Shown piece by piece: positions 17,848-28,579 of a stretch of DNA of 64,000 nucleotides; positions within the stretch are counted from its first letter, which is position 1; each line of letters begins with the position of its first letter. The translations under genes were made by a program, and so were the position numbers. Origin of the DNA: Burkholderiaceae bacterium (GTDB taxonomy: Bacteria > Pseudomonadota > Gammaproteobacteria > Burkholderiales > Burkholderiaceae_D); the NCBI GenBank assembly GCA_030157545.1, contig JAOAUN010000055.1, forward strand, positions 31,517 to 95,516, read 5' to 3'. Under the pieces are notes generated by a model. That model did no database searches and was not told the DNA's origin. It was given only the letters and a program-made list of their open reading frames with translations.

Positions 17848-18795
17848 TTAACCCTCTAGCGGCAGAGCATCCGGCAGCATGCTGACGCCGTTCAACTTGC
17901 AAGACAGCACAGCCTGACGCAAGACTTCGATGGCACCTGCGCGGGTAAAACTTTTACGCCAGGCGATGACGACACGGCGTGAAGGGACAGGGGCTTTGAA
18001 CGGCACATAGCGCAACATGCTGTTACTGTCGGGCTGTAGCTGCACCGACGCTTGCGGCAGCACTGTAATGCCGATGCCGGAGGCAACCATATGCCGTATA
18101 GTTTCCAGCGACGAACCTTCAAAAGTGCGCGCAATACCAACGCCGGCAGTCGAGAAGCGCGACATTTCGGGGCAGACTTCGAGTACCTGGTCGCGGAAGC
18201 AGTGGCCGGCACCCAGCAGTAGCATGGTTTCGCTTTTCAAGTCTGCGCTGCTGATAGCGGCACTTTCGGCCCAGTGGTGCTGACGCGGCAGCGCGACGAC
18301 AAAAGGTTCGTCATACAGTGCCTGTACATTCAAACCCTGATCCGGAAATGGCAGCGCCATGATCGCCGCATCAAGCTCGCCGGCGCGCAGCAATTCGATC
18401 AGCTTCACTGTGAAATTTTCCTGCAGGATCAGCGGCATTTGCGGCACGGTCTCTATCATCGTGTGCACCAGCTGCGGCAGCAAGTAGGGCGCGATGGTGT
18501 AGATGATGCCCAGCCTGAGCGGACCGACCAAAGGGTCCTTGTTTTGTTTGGCAATGCTCTTGATGGATGCGGTCTGCTCCAGCACGTGCTCTGCTTGCGC
18601 GATGATCTGCAGCCCGATCGGTGTGACCGATACCTCAAGGCCGCCGCGCTCGAAGATGGCCACGCCGAGTTCGTCTTCGAGTTTCTTGATCGCCACCGAC
18701 AGCGTAGGCTGGGCGACGAAACAGGCTTCGGCGGCGCGGCCAAAGTGCTTTTCGCGCGCAACTGCCACGATATATTTAAGTTCAGTCAGAGTCAT
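17848..18795 (-). CDS. oxyR: LysR-family hydrogen-peroxide sensor OxyR
   Basis: MTLTELKYIVAVAREKHFGRAAEACFVAQPTLSVAIKKLEDELG HTH. GHCFRDQVLEVC carries the two redox Cys 9 residues apart, as in OxyR C199/C208. Start set at ATG 18795, not the track start at 18831. Confidence 0.8.
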   Translation of the reverse strand: MTLTELKYIVAVAREKHFGRAAEACFVAQPTLSVAIKKLEDELGVAIFERGGLEVSVTPIGLQIIAQAEHVLEQTASIKSIAKQNKDPLVGPLRLGIIYTIAPYLLPQLVHTMIETVPQMPLILQENFTVKLIELLRAGELDAAIMALPFPDQGLNVQALYDEPFVVALPRQHHWAESAAISSADLKSETMLLLGAGHCFRDQVLEVCPEMSRFSTAGVGIARTFEGSSLETIRHMVASGIGITVLPQASVQLQPDSNSMLRYVPFKAPVPSRRVVIAWRKSFTRAGAIEVLRQAVLSCKLNGVSMLPDALPLEG

Positions 18796-18843
18796 GGGCG
18801 TAGTTTCGCATAGTCGGTGCCTACGAGGCAAAACTGAGAAAGA

Positions 18844-18916
18844 CGCTGGATCCCAGCCTGCGCTGGGATGACGTTTATTAATCTACCGTCGCCCCAGCGA
18901 AGGCTGGGGCCCAGCG
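18844..18916. repeat. REP/BIME-like pair of inverted 30-nt palindromic units
   Basis: Unit cgctggatcccagcctgcgctgggatgacg (18844-18873) and unit cgtcgccccagcgaaggctggggcccagcg (18887-18916) are reverse complements of one consensus. Each can form a CCCAGC/GCTGGG hairpin. The same family occurs at 53828-53911. Confidence 0.75.
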
Positions 18917-18925
18917 TCTTTCGTA

Positions 18926-20980
18926 TTAAACCCGCAAGAAATCCTCCCGCGACCCCAGCCAGCGCGCCAGATGCGCTTCGGCCACTGCCGTATTCTCGAT
19001 CAACAAACGCTGAGCCAGATTGCGCGCCAGCTCAACCAGCCACTGATCCGTTTCCAGATCGGCAAAACGCAGCATCGCCTGCCCCGACTGGCGCGCACCC
19101 AGAAATTCACCAGGGCCGCGAATTTCGAGATCGCGGCGCGCGATCTCGAAGCCGTCGGTGATTTCACGCATGATCGCCAGCCGCTGTTTCGCAATCATGC
19201 CAAGGGGGCTTTGAAACAACAGCAGGCAAACGCTGGCTGCTGCGCCACGTCCGACCCGGCCGCGCAGCTGGTGCAATTGCGACAAGCCGAAACGCTCCGC
19301 ATGCTCAATCACCATCAGCGACGCATTCGGCACATCGACGCCAACTTCGATGACAGTGGTCGCTACCAGCAGCTGCAATTCGCCACGCGCAAACGCATCC
19401 ATCACGTGCTGCTTTTCCTGCGTCTTCAACCGTCCATGCACCAGACCGATCTTTAAATCTGGCAATGCTGCTGTCAGCGCCGCATGGGTATCGGTGGCGG
19501 TTTGCAATTGCAAGGCTTCGGATTCTTCAATCAGCGGGCACACCCAATAGATCTGTTTGCCATCCAGCGCTGCCGCATGCACGCGCGTGACGACTTCATC
19601 GCGCCGGTCCTGATCGATGAGCCGCGTAACGATCGGTGTTCTGCCCGGTGGCAGTTCGTCAATCACGGAGACTTCCAGATCGGCGTAATACGTCATGGCC
19701 AGCGTGCGCGGGATCGGGGTAGCCGACATCATGAGTTGATGCGGCACGCTGGCGACGCCCTTGTTGCGCAGAGTCAGGCGCTGAGCAACGCCGAAGCGAT
19801 GCTGCTCATCCACGATCACCAGCCCGAGCCGGTCGAAGTTAACGTCTTCCTGTATCAACGCGTGGGTGCCGATGACAAGTTTGGCTGCGCCGGACTCTAT
19901 GCGTTCGCGTGCGGCCTCTTTCTCGCGTTTTTTCAGGCTGCCCGTCAGCCACGCGACTTCAACGCCGAGCGGCTCCATCCAAGCGGCGATTTTGCGGAAG
20001 TGCTGCTCGGCCAGAATTTCAGTCGGCGCCATCAAAGTTGCCTGATACCCGCTGTCGATGGCTTGCGCGGCAGCCAGCGCCGCGACGATGGTCTTGCCGC
20101 TGCCGACGTCGCCTTGCAGCAGTCGCTGCATAGGGTAAGGCGCGCGCAGGTCGCTACGGATTTCGTCCAGCACCCTATGCTGTGCCGCTGTCAGTGCAAA
20201 CGGCAAAGCGAGCATGAAAGCGGTGGATAAATTGCCAACGGTCGTCAGCATTGGCGCGCCCTGCTGGCGGCGCGCTGCTTGTGCGCGTTTCATTGACAAC
20301 TGCTGCGCGAGCAGTTCATCAAATTTCATGCGCGTCCAGGCCGGATGGGTGCGTTCCATCAGCGCGTTTTCATCAACGTCTGTGGGCGGGTTGTGCAGCA
20401 GGCGCACTGCGTCTTCAAACGGGATCAGATCCAGCGACTTGCGCAATGCATCCGGCAGCGTATCGTGCCAGTCTGCGCGTGTCATGGCAGCAGAGATCGC
20501 TTTGCGCAGCAGCGTCTGCGACAGGCCTTCGCCGGCCGGATAGACCGGTGTCAGCGCCTGCGGCAGCGGCGCGCCTTCTTCCACGGCCTTGACAATCGGA
20601 TGCACCATCTCGTTACCAAAAAATCCGTGCCGCATTTCGCCACGTACGCGCAGGCGTTTGCCGATAGCCATCTGGGCGGCCTGACTGCCGTAAAAATTCA
20701 GGAAGCGCAAGACCAGTTCGTCGCCGTCATCGCCAATTTTTACGACCAGTTGCCGGCGCGGCCGGTATTGCACGTCACAACTGCTGACGATGCCTTCGAC
20801 CTGCACCGTGTGGCCGTGCAGCAGGCCGGCTTCATGCAGCGAATAAATCCGGGTTTCGTCCTCGTAGCGCATGGGCAGGTGCAGCACGAGCGCCATGTCG
20901 GTGGACAGGCCCAGGCGGGCCAGCCGGTCTACGGTGCGCAGGCTTTTGGCCGGAGCGGATTTTTTTTTCGGTGCTGGCAT
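18926..20980 (-). CDS. recG: ATP-dependent DNA helicase RecG
   Basis: 684 aa. Wedge domain, then helicase motifs GDVGSGKT, DEQHRFG, SATPIPRT and QLHQLRGRVGRG. Confidence 0.9.
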   Translation of the reverse strand: MPAPKKKSAPAKSLRTVDRLARLGLSTDMALVLHLPMRYEDETRIYSLHEAGLLHGHTVQVEGIVSSCDVQYRPRRQLVVKIGDDGDELVLRFLNFYGSQAAQMAIGKRLRVRGEMRHGFFGNEMVHPIVKAVEEGAPLPQALTPVYPAGEGLSQTLLRKAISAAMTRADWHDTLPDALRKSLDLIPFEDAVRLLHNPPTDVDENALMERTHPAWTRMKFDELLAQQLSMKRAQAARRQQGAPMLTTVGNLSTAFMLALPFALTAAQHRVLDEIRSDLRAPYPMQRLLQGDVGSGKTIVAALAAAQAIDSGYQATLMAPTEILAEQHFRKIAAWMEPLGVEVAWLTGSLKKREKEAARERIESGAAKLVIGTHALIQEDVNFDRLGLVIVDEQHRFGVAQRLTLRNKGVASVPHQLMMSATPIPRTLAMTYYADLEVSVIDELPPGRTPIVTRLIDQDRRDEVVTRVHAAALDGKQIYWVCPLIEESEALQLQTATDTHAALTAALPDLKIGLVHGRLKTQEKQHVMDAFARGELQLLVATTVIEVGVDVPNASLMVIEHAERFGLSQLHQLRGRVGRGAAASVCLLLFQSPLGMIAKQRLAIMREITDGFEIARRDLEIRGPGEFLGARQSGQAMLRFADLETDQWLVELARNLAQRLLIENTAVAEAHLARWLGSREDFLRV

Positions 20981-21099
20981 AGGATTCTATTTTCAGAGCC
21001 AGCGTAGAATACCGGCTTTTCCTCATTGTTTGCCAGCGCGATGAAAGCCGCTGGGTCCCGGCTTGCCCGGAATCCGGTGTCGTCTGTGCACGGACCATC

Positions 21100-23252
<2,153 letters not shown>

Positions 23253-23300
23253 TTTTTCCCTCAGTCCATGCTGTTTCCCTTCTATCACAGGAGTATTCGC

Positions 23301-24353
23301 ATGGACAATTCACCACCGATTCCACCGTCGGGCACCCGTATGCCCGAGCCACACAGGTCACCGCCTCAAGGTACGCCGCCGCAGCAAGTGCCGCCCCGTC
23401 GGCCCATGATGCAGCAATGGGTAGATGAGCTCAGTTCTGGTGAGGACTCCATCGAAGAACTATGGGCTATCCCGGCCGATGCAGAGCCGCACGACTGGAT
23501 GCACAGGCTGATGCCGCTGTCCCGTTTCTGTTGCGAGGCCGGCGAGCTGCTCGTTGAATGTGGCCCGGATGTCGTATTGGGACAAGCGAGGGTATTGCTG
23601 GAGCAGGGCGCCGCACTCAATGAAATTGACGCTGTTACCGGGCGCACGCCACTGCACTGGGTGTGCCACGGCGGCTGCGTAGAACTGCTGGCTTTCCTGT
23701 GCGAGCAAGGTGCGGCCCACATGCCGGACATGCTGGAGTGGAAGGATAACAAGGGTGCAACGCCCTTGTACCTGGCCATACAGTCTCCGCTGTTGACGCA
23801 ACCCGCACCGCTGATCGAATTCTTGCTGAAGCAGGGCGCGCAACTTGCGCAGTTGCCGAACCGGGGCAGTGAACTGCTGCATACCGATTTTTTGACGATC
23901 ACGATCGTCACCTATCTTGAGGCTGCAGGTATCAATATCGACGCAGGCGACCGCTTTCGCGAAACGCCGCTGCTGCGTGCCTGCACCGGCGGCAAGCTGG
24001 CGCTGGCTGAATACCTGCTGCAGCATGGCGCCAACCCCAACCCGCACGGGCTGTTTCAGCGCACCATACTGCATATTGGCGACCTGAAACCGGAGGCAGC
24101 CCTGCTGCTATTACGCAATGGCGCTGATGTCGATGTCAGCGACGAACTGGGCATGACGCCGCTCATGTATGCCATCAATTGCGAAAACATGGCGCTGGCA
24201 CGCGTTCTGGTGGAGCACGGCGCTTCCCTTTACAAAAAGTCGGTCGATGGCATGAGCGTGCTGGATCATGCAAGGCAGGCAGGCGAGTCTTTCACCTTTT
24301 TTATTGTCCAGAAAATGGGGCTGTTGCCTGACACCAGACCGGCATCCAGCTAA
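23301..24353 (+). CDS. ankyrin-repeat protein with proline-rich N-terminus; eukaryotic-like
   Basis: Several ANK units: TPLHWVCHGGCVELLAFLCEQGA, ETPLLRACTGGKLALAEYLLQHGANPN, MTPLMYAINCENMALARVLVEHGA. N-terminus is MDNSPPIPPSGTRMPEPHRSPPQGTPPQQVPPRRP. Start ATG 23301 has AGGAG 8 nt upstream. Confidence 0.8.
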   Translation: MDNSPPIPPSGTRMPEPHRSPPQGTPPQQVPPRRPMMQQWVDELSSGEDSIEELWAIPADAEPHDWMHRLMPLSRFCCEAGELLVECGPDVVLGQARVLLEQGAALNEIDAVTGRTPLHWVCHGGCVELLAFLCEQGAAHMPDMLEWKDNKGATPLYLAIQSPLLTQPAPLIEFLLKQGAQLAQLPNRGSELLHTDFLTITIVTYLEAAGINIDAGDRFRETPLLRACTGGKLALAEYLLQHGANPNPHGLFQRTILHIGDLKPEAALLLLRNGADVDVSDELGMTPLMYAINCENMALARVLVEHGASLYKKSVDGMSVLDHARQAGESFTFFIVQKMGLLPDTRPASS

Positions 24354-24419
24354 ATTCGGACGGACTGCTTCCAGTGCTAAAATGCTGGGTCGTTTAAAAA
24401 CCATAACCCGGAGCAGTCC

Positions 24420-24707
24420 ATGTTTTCAGCTAGCGCATTTTCCCAGTTTTTGCCCATCATCCTGATGTTCGTGGTGCTGTACTTCCTGATGATTCGTCCG
24501 CAAATGAAACGCCAGAAAGAGCAAAAAGCGATGATGGATGCGCTGACCAAGGGTGACGAAGTCATCACCGCCGGCGGCATTCTGGGCAAGATTACCAAGG
24601 CAGGCGACGCCTACCTGACCCTGGAAGTCGCGGCCGGCACCGAGATTGTGGTGCAACGTGCTGCTGTCACCCTGCTACTGCCGAAAGGCACCATCAAGTC
24701 GCTGTAA
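24420..24707 (+). CDS. yajC: preprotein translocase subunit YajC
   Basis: LPIILMFVVLYFLMIRPQMKRQKE...GDEVITAGGILGKI. Confidence 0.9.
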   Translation: MFSASAFSQFLPIILMFVVLYFLMIRPQMKRQKEQKAMMDALTKGDEVITAGGILGKITKAGDAYLTLEVAAGTEIVVQRAAVTLLLPKGTIKSL

Positions 24708-24721
24708 GACAGGCGCGCACC

Positions 24722-24753
24722 ATGTCCGGCATGACAGCCGGACATTTTCTTTT
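24722..24753 (+). terminator. hairpin plus T-tract between yajC and secD (attenuator or partial terminator)
   Basis: 9-bp stem atgtccggc/gccggacat with a 6-nt loop, followed by tttctttt. Confidence 0.45.
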
Positions 24754-24767
24754 CAAAGCAGGACACT

Positions 24768-26627
24768 ATGAACCGCTACCCCCTCTGGAAATACATCCTG
24801 ATCGTGTTCGCGCTGCTGTTTGGCGCCTTGTACACGATACCGAATTTCTTTGGCGAGTCGCCGGCCGTGCAGGTCAGCAGCGCCAAGGCAACCGTTAAAG
24901 CCGGCCCCGACTTGCTCGCTGCTGCCGAGCAGGCGCTCAATACTGCCGGCGTACGTGCCGAGAGTATGTATTTTGAAAACATCGGCAACAACGGCACGGT
25001 GCGCATACGCTTTGCCAACACGGATTTGCAGTTCAAGGCCAAGAGCGTGCTGGAACAGAGCCTGAACCGCGACCCGTCCGATCCGACTTATCTGGTGGCC
25101 TTCAACCTGCTGCCGAATACGCCGCAATGGCTGCAAAGCCTGCATGCCATGCCTATGTATCTGGGACTGGACTTGCGCGGCGGCGTGCATTTCCTGATGC
25201 AAGTCGATACCAAAGCAGTCTTTACCAAGCGCATGCAGGGCTTGCAGACCAGCGCGCGCTCTTTGCTGGTAGAAAAGCGCGTGCGCTTTGCCGGTATCAC
25301 GCGTGACGGCGATGCTGTCGAGATTCGTGTGCGCGATCAGGAAACCCTGAACGCTGCCAAAAATGTACTCGCTGCGCAATTGCCCGAGCTGGCGCTGACC
25401 GAGATGACCGATACTGATGGTCTGAAACTGCGCGGCACGCTGAACCCGCAAGCCTTGAAGCGCACGCTGGAAGAAGCGGTTCAGCAAAATATTTCAACCT
25501 TGTCCAAGCGCGTCAATGAACTCGGCGTGGCAGAACCGATCATCCAGCGTCAGGGCGCGGACCGTATCGTGGTGCAGTTGCCAGGCGTGCAGGACGTCTC
25601 GCGCGCCAAAGATATTATCGGCCGCACCGCTACGCTCGAAGTGCGTATGGTCGATGAAACCGTGCGTCGTGGCACCGAAGAAACGGCGGCTGTGCCTTTG
25701 GGCTCCGAGCTGTTCAAAGTCGGCAAGGGTGCGCCCGTGGTTTTGTATAAAGACCCGATCATCACCGGTGACTATATTTCGAATGCAGGTGCAAGTTTCG
25801 ACCAGGACCAGCAAGCAGCGGTCAGCATTGATCTGAACGGCGACGGTGGGCGCAAAATGCGCGAAGCCACGCGCAGCAAGATCGGCAAGCTGATGGCCAT
25901 CGTGCTGTTTGAAAAAGGCAAGGGCGAAGTCCTGACCGTGGCGAGCATTCGCGACGAACTCGGTTCGCGCTTCCAGATCACCGGCATGGATTCACCGGAA
26001 GGCGCCGCTGACCTGGCGCTGCTGTTGCGCGCCGGTTCTCTGGCCGCGCCTATGGAAATCATAGAAGAGCGCACCATCGGCCCGCAACTCGGCGCTGAAA
26101 ACATCAGCAAGGGTTTCAACTCAACGCTGTATGGCTTCACCGCGATTGCCATCTTCATGGTCATTTACTACATGCTGTTCGGTTTTTTCAGCGTCTTCGC
26201 ACTGGCCGTCAACGTCATGCTGCTGATTGCGCTGTTGTCCGTCATGCAGGCAACACTGACGTTGCCGGGTATTGCCGCTATTGCGCTGACACTGGGTATG
26301 GCAATTGACGCCAACGTACTGATCAATGAGCGCATTCGCGAAGAGCTGCGTGGCGGCGCATCACCGCAGGCAGCCATTGCGACCGGTTTCGAGCGCGCAT
26401 GGGCGACCATTCTCGATTCGAACGTAACGACTCTGATTGCCGGTCTGGCCTTGCTGATTTTCGGTTCAGGTCCGATTCGCGGTTTTGCGGTTGTCCACTG
26501 TCTGGGCATCCTGACCTCGATGTTCTCGGCCGTGGTGGTGTCGCGCGCGTTTGCCAACCTCTGGTATGGCCGTCGCAAGAAACTCACCAGCGTCTCCATC
26601 GGACAAGTATGGAAGCCCAACGCCTGA
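24768..26627 (+). CDS. secD: protein translocase subunit SecD
   Basis: MNRYPLWKYILIVFALLFGALYTIPNFFGE..., LGLDLRGGVHF, and a C-terminal 6-TM domain. Confidence 0.9.
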   Translation: MNRYPLWKYILIVFALLFGALYTIPNFFGESPAVQVSSAKATVKAGPDLLAAAEQALNTAGVRAESMYFENIGNNGTVRIRFANTDLQFKAKSVLEQSLNRDPSDPTYLVAFNLLPNTPQWLQSLHAMPMYLGLDLRGGVHFLMQVDTKAVFTKRMQGLQTSARSLLVEKRVRFAGITRDGDAVEIRVRDQETLNAAKNVLAAQLPELALTEMTDTDGLKLRGTLNPQALKRTLEEAVQQNISTLSKRVNELGVAEPIIQRQGADRIVVQLPGVQDVSRAKDIIGRTATLEVRMVDETVRRGTEETAAVPLGSELFKVGKGAPVVLYKDPIITGDYISNAGASFDQDQQAAVSIDLNGDGGRKMREATRSKIGKLMAIVLFEKGKGEVLTVASIRDELGSRFQITGMDSPEGAADLALLLRAGSLAAPMEIIEERTIGPQLGAENISKGFNSTLYGFTAIAIFMVIYYMLFGFFSVFALAVNVMLLIALLSVMQATLTLPGIAAIALTLGMAIDANVLINERIREELRGGASPQAAIATGFERAWATILDSNVTTLIAGLALLIFGSGPIRGFAVVHCLGILTSMFSAVVVSRAFANLWYGRRKKLTSVSIGQVWKPNA

Positions 26628-26655
26628 TGGCGTAAGGCACACACAGAGGAAAATT

Positions 26656-27600
26656 ATGGAACTGTTCCGAATTAAAAAAGACATCCCGTTCATGCGTCAT
26701 GCGTTGTGGTTCAACGCAATTTCGGCGCTGACGTTTGTGGCAGCAGTGTTCTTCCTGTTTCATCAGGGCTTGCACCTGTCGATTGAATTTACCGGCGGCA
26801 CCGTGATGGAAGCCTCCTATACCAAGCCGGCCGATCTGGAAGGTATACGCAAGACCATCAATGGCCTGGGTTACACCGACAATCAGGTGCAGAGTTTCGG
26901 CACCGCACAAGATGTATTGATCCGGCTACCCGTTCAGAAGGGGACCAATTCAGCACAGATCAGCAATGCCGTGATTGATGCACTTAAGGCACAGGATCCG
27001 ACCGTTACCCTCAAACGCGTCGAATTCGTAGGTCCTCAAGTTGGCGAAGAGCTTGCGCGTGACGGTCTGACTGCACTGGCCTTTGTGGTGGCTGGCATCA
27101 TGATCTATCTGGCGTTTCGCTTCGAATGGAAATTCGCGGTCGCAGCCATCATCGCCAACCTGCACGATGTCATCATCATTCTTGGCTTCTTCGCGTTCTT
27201 CCAGTGGGAGTTTTCACTGACCGTGCTGGCGGCGGTGCTGGCGGTCTTAGGTTATTCGGTCAATGAATCGGTCGTGGTGTTTGACCGGGTGCGCGAAGCA
27301 TTTCGTGACCGCCGCTTCGGCAAGCTGAATCCGCCTGAGGTACTGAACCACGCCATTACCAGCACTATCTCGCGTACGGTGATTACTCACGGTAGTACGC
27401 AGTTGATGGTGTTGTCGATGTTGGTCTTTGGCGGGCCGACGCTGCACTATTTCGCGCTGGCGCTGACCATCGGTATCTGCTTCGGCATTTACTCTTCCGT
27501 GTTCGTCGCGGCAGCGGTGGCGATGTGGCTGGGCGTGAAGCGTGAAGATCTGATCAAGCCGGTGAAGGTGAAGGATGAGACGGATGGTGCTGTAGTTTGA
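26656..27600 (+). CDS. secF: protein translocase subunit SecF
   Basis: MELFRIKKDIPFMRHALWFN..., GIEFTGGT-like SIEFTGGT. Start set at ATG 26656 rather than the track start at 26551, which overlaps secD. Confidence 0.9.
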   Translation: MELFRIKKDIPFMRHALWFNAISALTFVAAVFFLFHQGLHLSIEFTGGTVMEASYTKPADLEGIRKTINGLGYTDNQVQSFGTAQDVLIRLPVQKGTNSAQISNAVIDALKAQDPTVTLKRVEFVGPQVGEELARDGLTALAFVVAGIMIYLAFRFEWKFAVAAIIANLHDVIIILGFFAFFQWEFSLTVLAAVLAVLGYSVNESVVVFDRVREAFRDRRFGKLNPPEVLNHAITSTISRTVITHGSTQLMVLSMLVFGGPTLHYFALALTIGICFGIYSSVFVAAAVAMWLGVKREDLIKPVKVKDETDGAVV

Positions 27601-27616
27601 TGTGGCATCAATATTG

Positions 27617-27645
27617 AAAAGCCGGCTTGCGAGCCGGCTTTTTTT
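27617..27645. terminator. bidirectional rho-independent terminator (secF / antitoxin convergent)
   Basis: 9-bp stem aagccggct/agccggctt with a 4-nt loop, flanked by AAAA and TTTTTTT. Confidence 0.8.
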
Positions 27646-27662
27646 ATGTACAGTGTCTGCTT

Positions 27663-27959
27663 TTAATGTTCTTCAGTTTCCATATGCAGCTTCAAGCCAA
27701 GAGCCTTGATGACTTTCATGATGGTGCTGAATTCAGGGTTGCCTTCGGAGGACAGCGCTTTATAGAGTCCCTCGCGCGCCAGTCCTGTGTCACGCGCAAG
27801 CTGGCTCATGCCACGTGCGCGGGCAATGTCGCCCAGCGCTGCACGAATCAGGCTGCCATCGCCCGGATCGTCTTCCAGGCAGGCCTCGAAATACAGAGCA
27901 ACGTCTTCGTCGGTCTTGAACTCAGCGACCGCATCCCATTGGGTAAATTTTTCTGTCAT
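27663..27959 (-). CDS. addiction-module antidote protein (HigA-family, XRE-type HTH antitoxin)
   Basis: MTEKFTQWDAVAEFKTDEDVALYFEACLEDDPGDGSLIRAALGDIARARGMSQLARDTGLAREGLYKALS... is typical of the antidote partner of RelE/ParE-superfamily killer proteins. Its ATG overlaps the upstream toxin stop (ATGA). Confidence 0.75.
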   Translation of the reverse strand: MTEKFTQWDAVAEFKTDEDVALYFEACLEDDPGDGSLIRAALGDIARARGMSQLARDTGLAREGLYKALSSEGNPEFSTIMKVIKALGLKLHMETEEH

Positions 27960-28258
27960 GTCTCGGTTCTCCATTCTTCAGCGATTGCAATGGCGCGTTC
28001 TATGTCGGCCTGTTGTGTGCTTTTGTCGCCGCCTGCTAGCAGGAGAACAACAAATTTCCCCTTGTGAGTAAAGTAGACCCGATATCCGGGGCCATAATCT
28101 ATTCTTTACTCACTGACTCCATATCCAATCGTTTTCGCGTCACCGTAATTACCGTTCGATAAGCGTCGAATTCGTGCATTGATTCTTGCGACAGCGTGTC
28201 TATCCCTAAGCTTTGTTTGCCAGCGTTGAAAGGTCTCGCTCTGCAGTATTTCGATCAT
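27956..28258 (-). pseudogene. RelE/ParE-superfamily addiction-module killer protein, inactivated by an in-frame TAA at codon 51
   Basis: Minus-strand frame reads MIEILQSETFQRWQTKLRDRHAVARINARIRRLSNGNYGDAKTIGYGVSE*RIDYGPGYRVYFTHKGKFVVLLLAGGDKSTQQADIERAIAIAEEWRTET. The stop (TAA, plus-strand tta at 28106-28108) sits where homologues have Leu (GVSELRIDYGPGYRVYF). The frame is otherwise intact. Neither half appears in the track because both fall under the length cutoff. Confidence 0.7.
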
Positions 28259-28264
28259 CCGGGT

Positions 28265-28305
28265 ATTGTTATCCATGGATTACATTTCGTCAATCATGGA
28301 TTACA
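28265..28305 (-). promoter_or_regulatory. candidate TA promoter with two 11-bp direct-repeat operator sites
   Basis: Minus strand: TGTAATCCATG-attgacgaaa-TGTAATCCATG-gaTAACAAT-acccgg-ATG. The repeats lie at 28274-28284 and 28295-28305, 21 bp apart. A TTGACG -35 (28288-28293) and a TAACAAT -10 (28265-28271) have a 16-nt spacer. No SD is visible, and only about 6 nt separate the -10 from the ATG. Confidence 0.4.
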
Positions 28306-28377
28306 CATATATTGTTCAGTAATTGTGTTAAAAAATAGAGGTCAAGCCTTGCATTCAAACTTTTCCAGCTAATGTGT

Positions 28378-28532
28378 GTGATTGCAAGACTTGACCCTGG
28401 GTCTGCTGGGTCTGTGACCCTGGGTCTGCGTGATTGCAAGACTTGACCCTGGGTCTGTGCGTGATTGCAAGACTTGACCCTGGGTCTGTGACCCTGGGTC
28501 TGCAAGACTTGACCCTGGGTCTGCTGGGTCTG
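28378..28532. repeat. nested minisatellite built from the modules gtgattg / caagact / tgaccctgggtctg / ctgggtctg
   Basis: A 28-nt unit gtgattgcaagacttgaccctgggtctg occurs at 28378, 28430 and 28461. The core tgaccctgggtctg occurs 6 times (28392, 28415, 28444, 28475, 28489, 28510). The core contains the near-perfect palindrome GACCC(T)GGGTC. Confidence 0.9.
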
Positions 28533-28579
28533 GAACAACAAATTTTCCCTTGTCAGGCATTTCCAGCGGCGTCTGCAAT

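Noticed and set aside
18868-19161. 97-aa plus-strand ORF spanning the REP pair and the recG 3' end
   Set aside because: It starts inside the palindromic repeat and runs antisense to recG. The Pro/Ala/Arg-rich translation has no motifs.
28378-28532. Possible CRISPR array
   Set aside because: The repeats are contiguous or nested with no unique spacers of regular length. The units are 9-28 nt, and no cas genes are nearby.
28369-28578. 69-aa minus-strand ORF (and 28290-28541, 28434-28691) across the repeat region
   Set aside because: The translations are just the minisatellite read in frame (QTQGQVLQS... repeats). There is no start context and no plausible fold.
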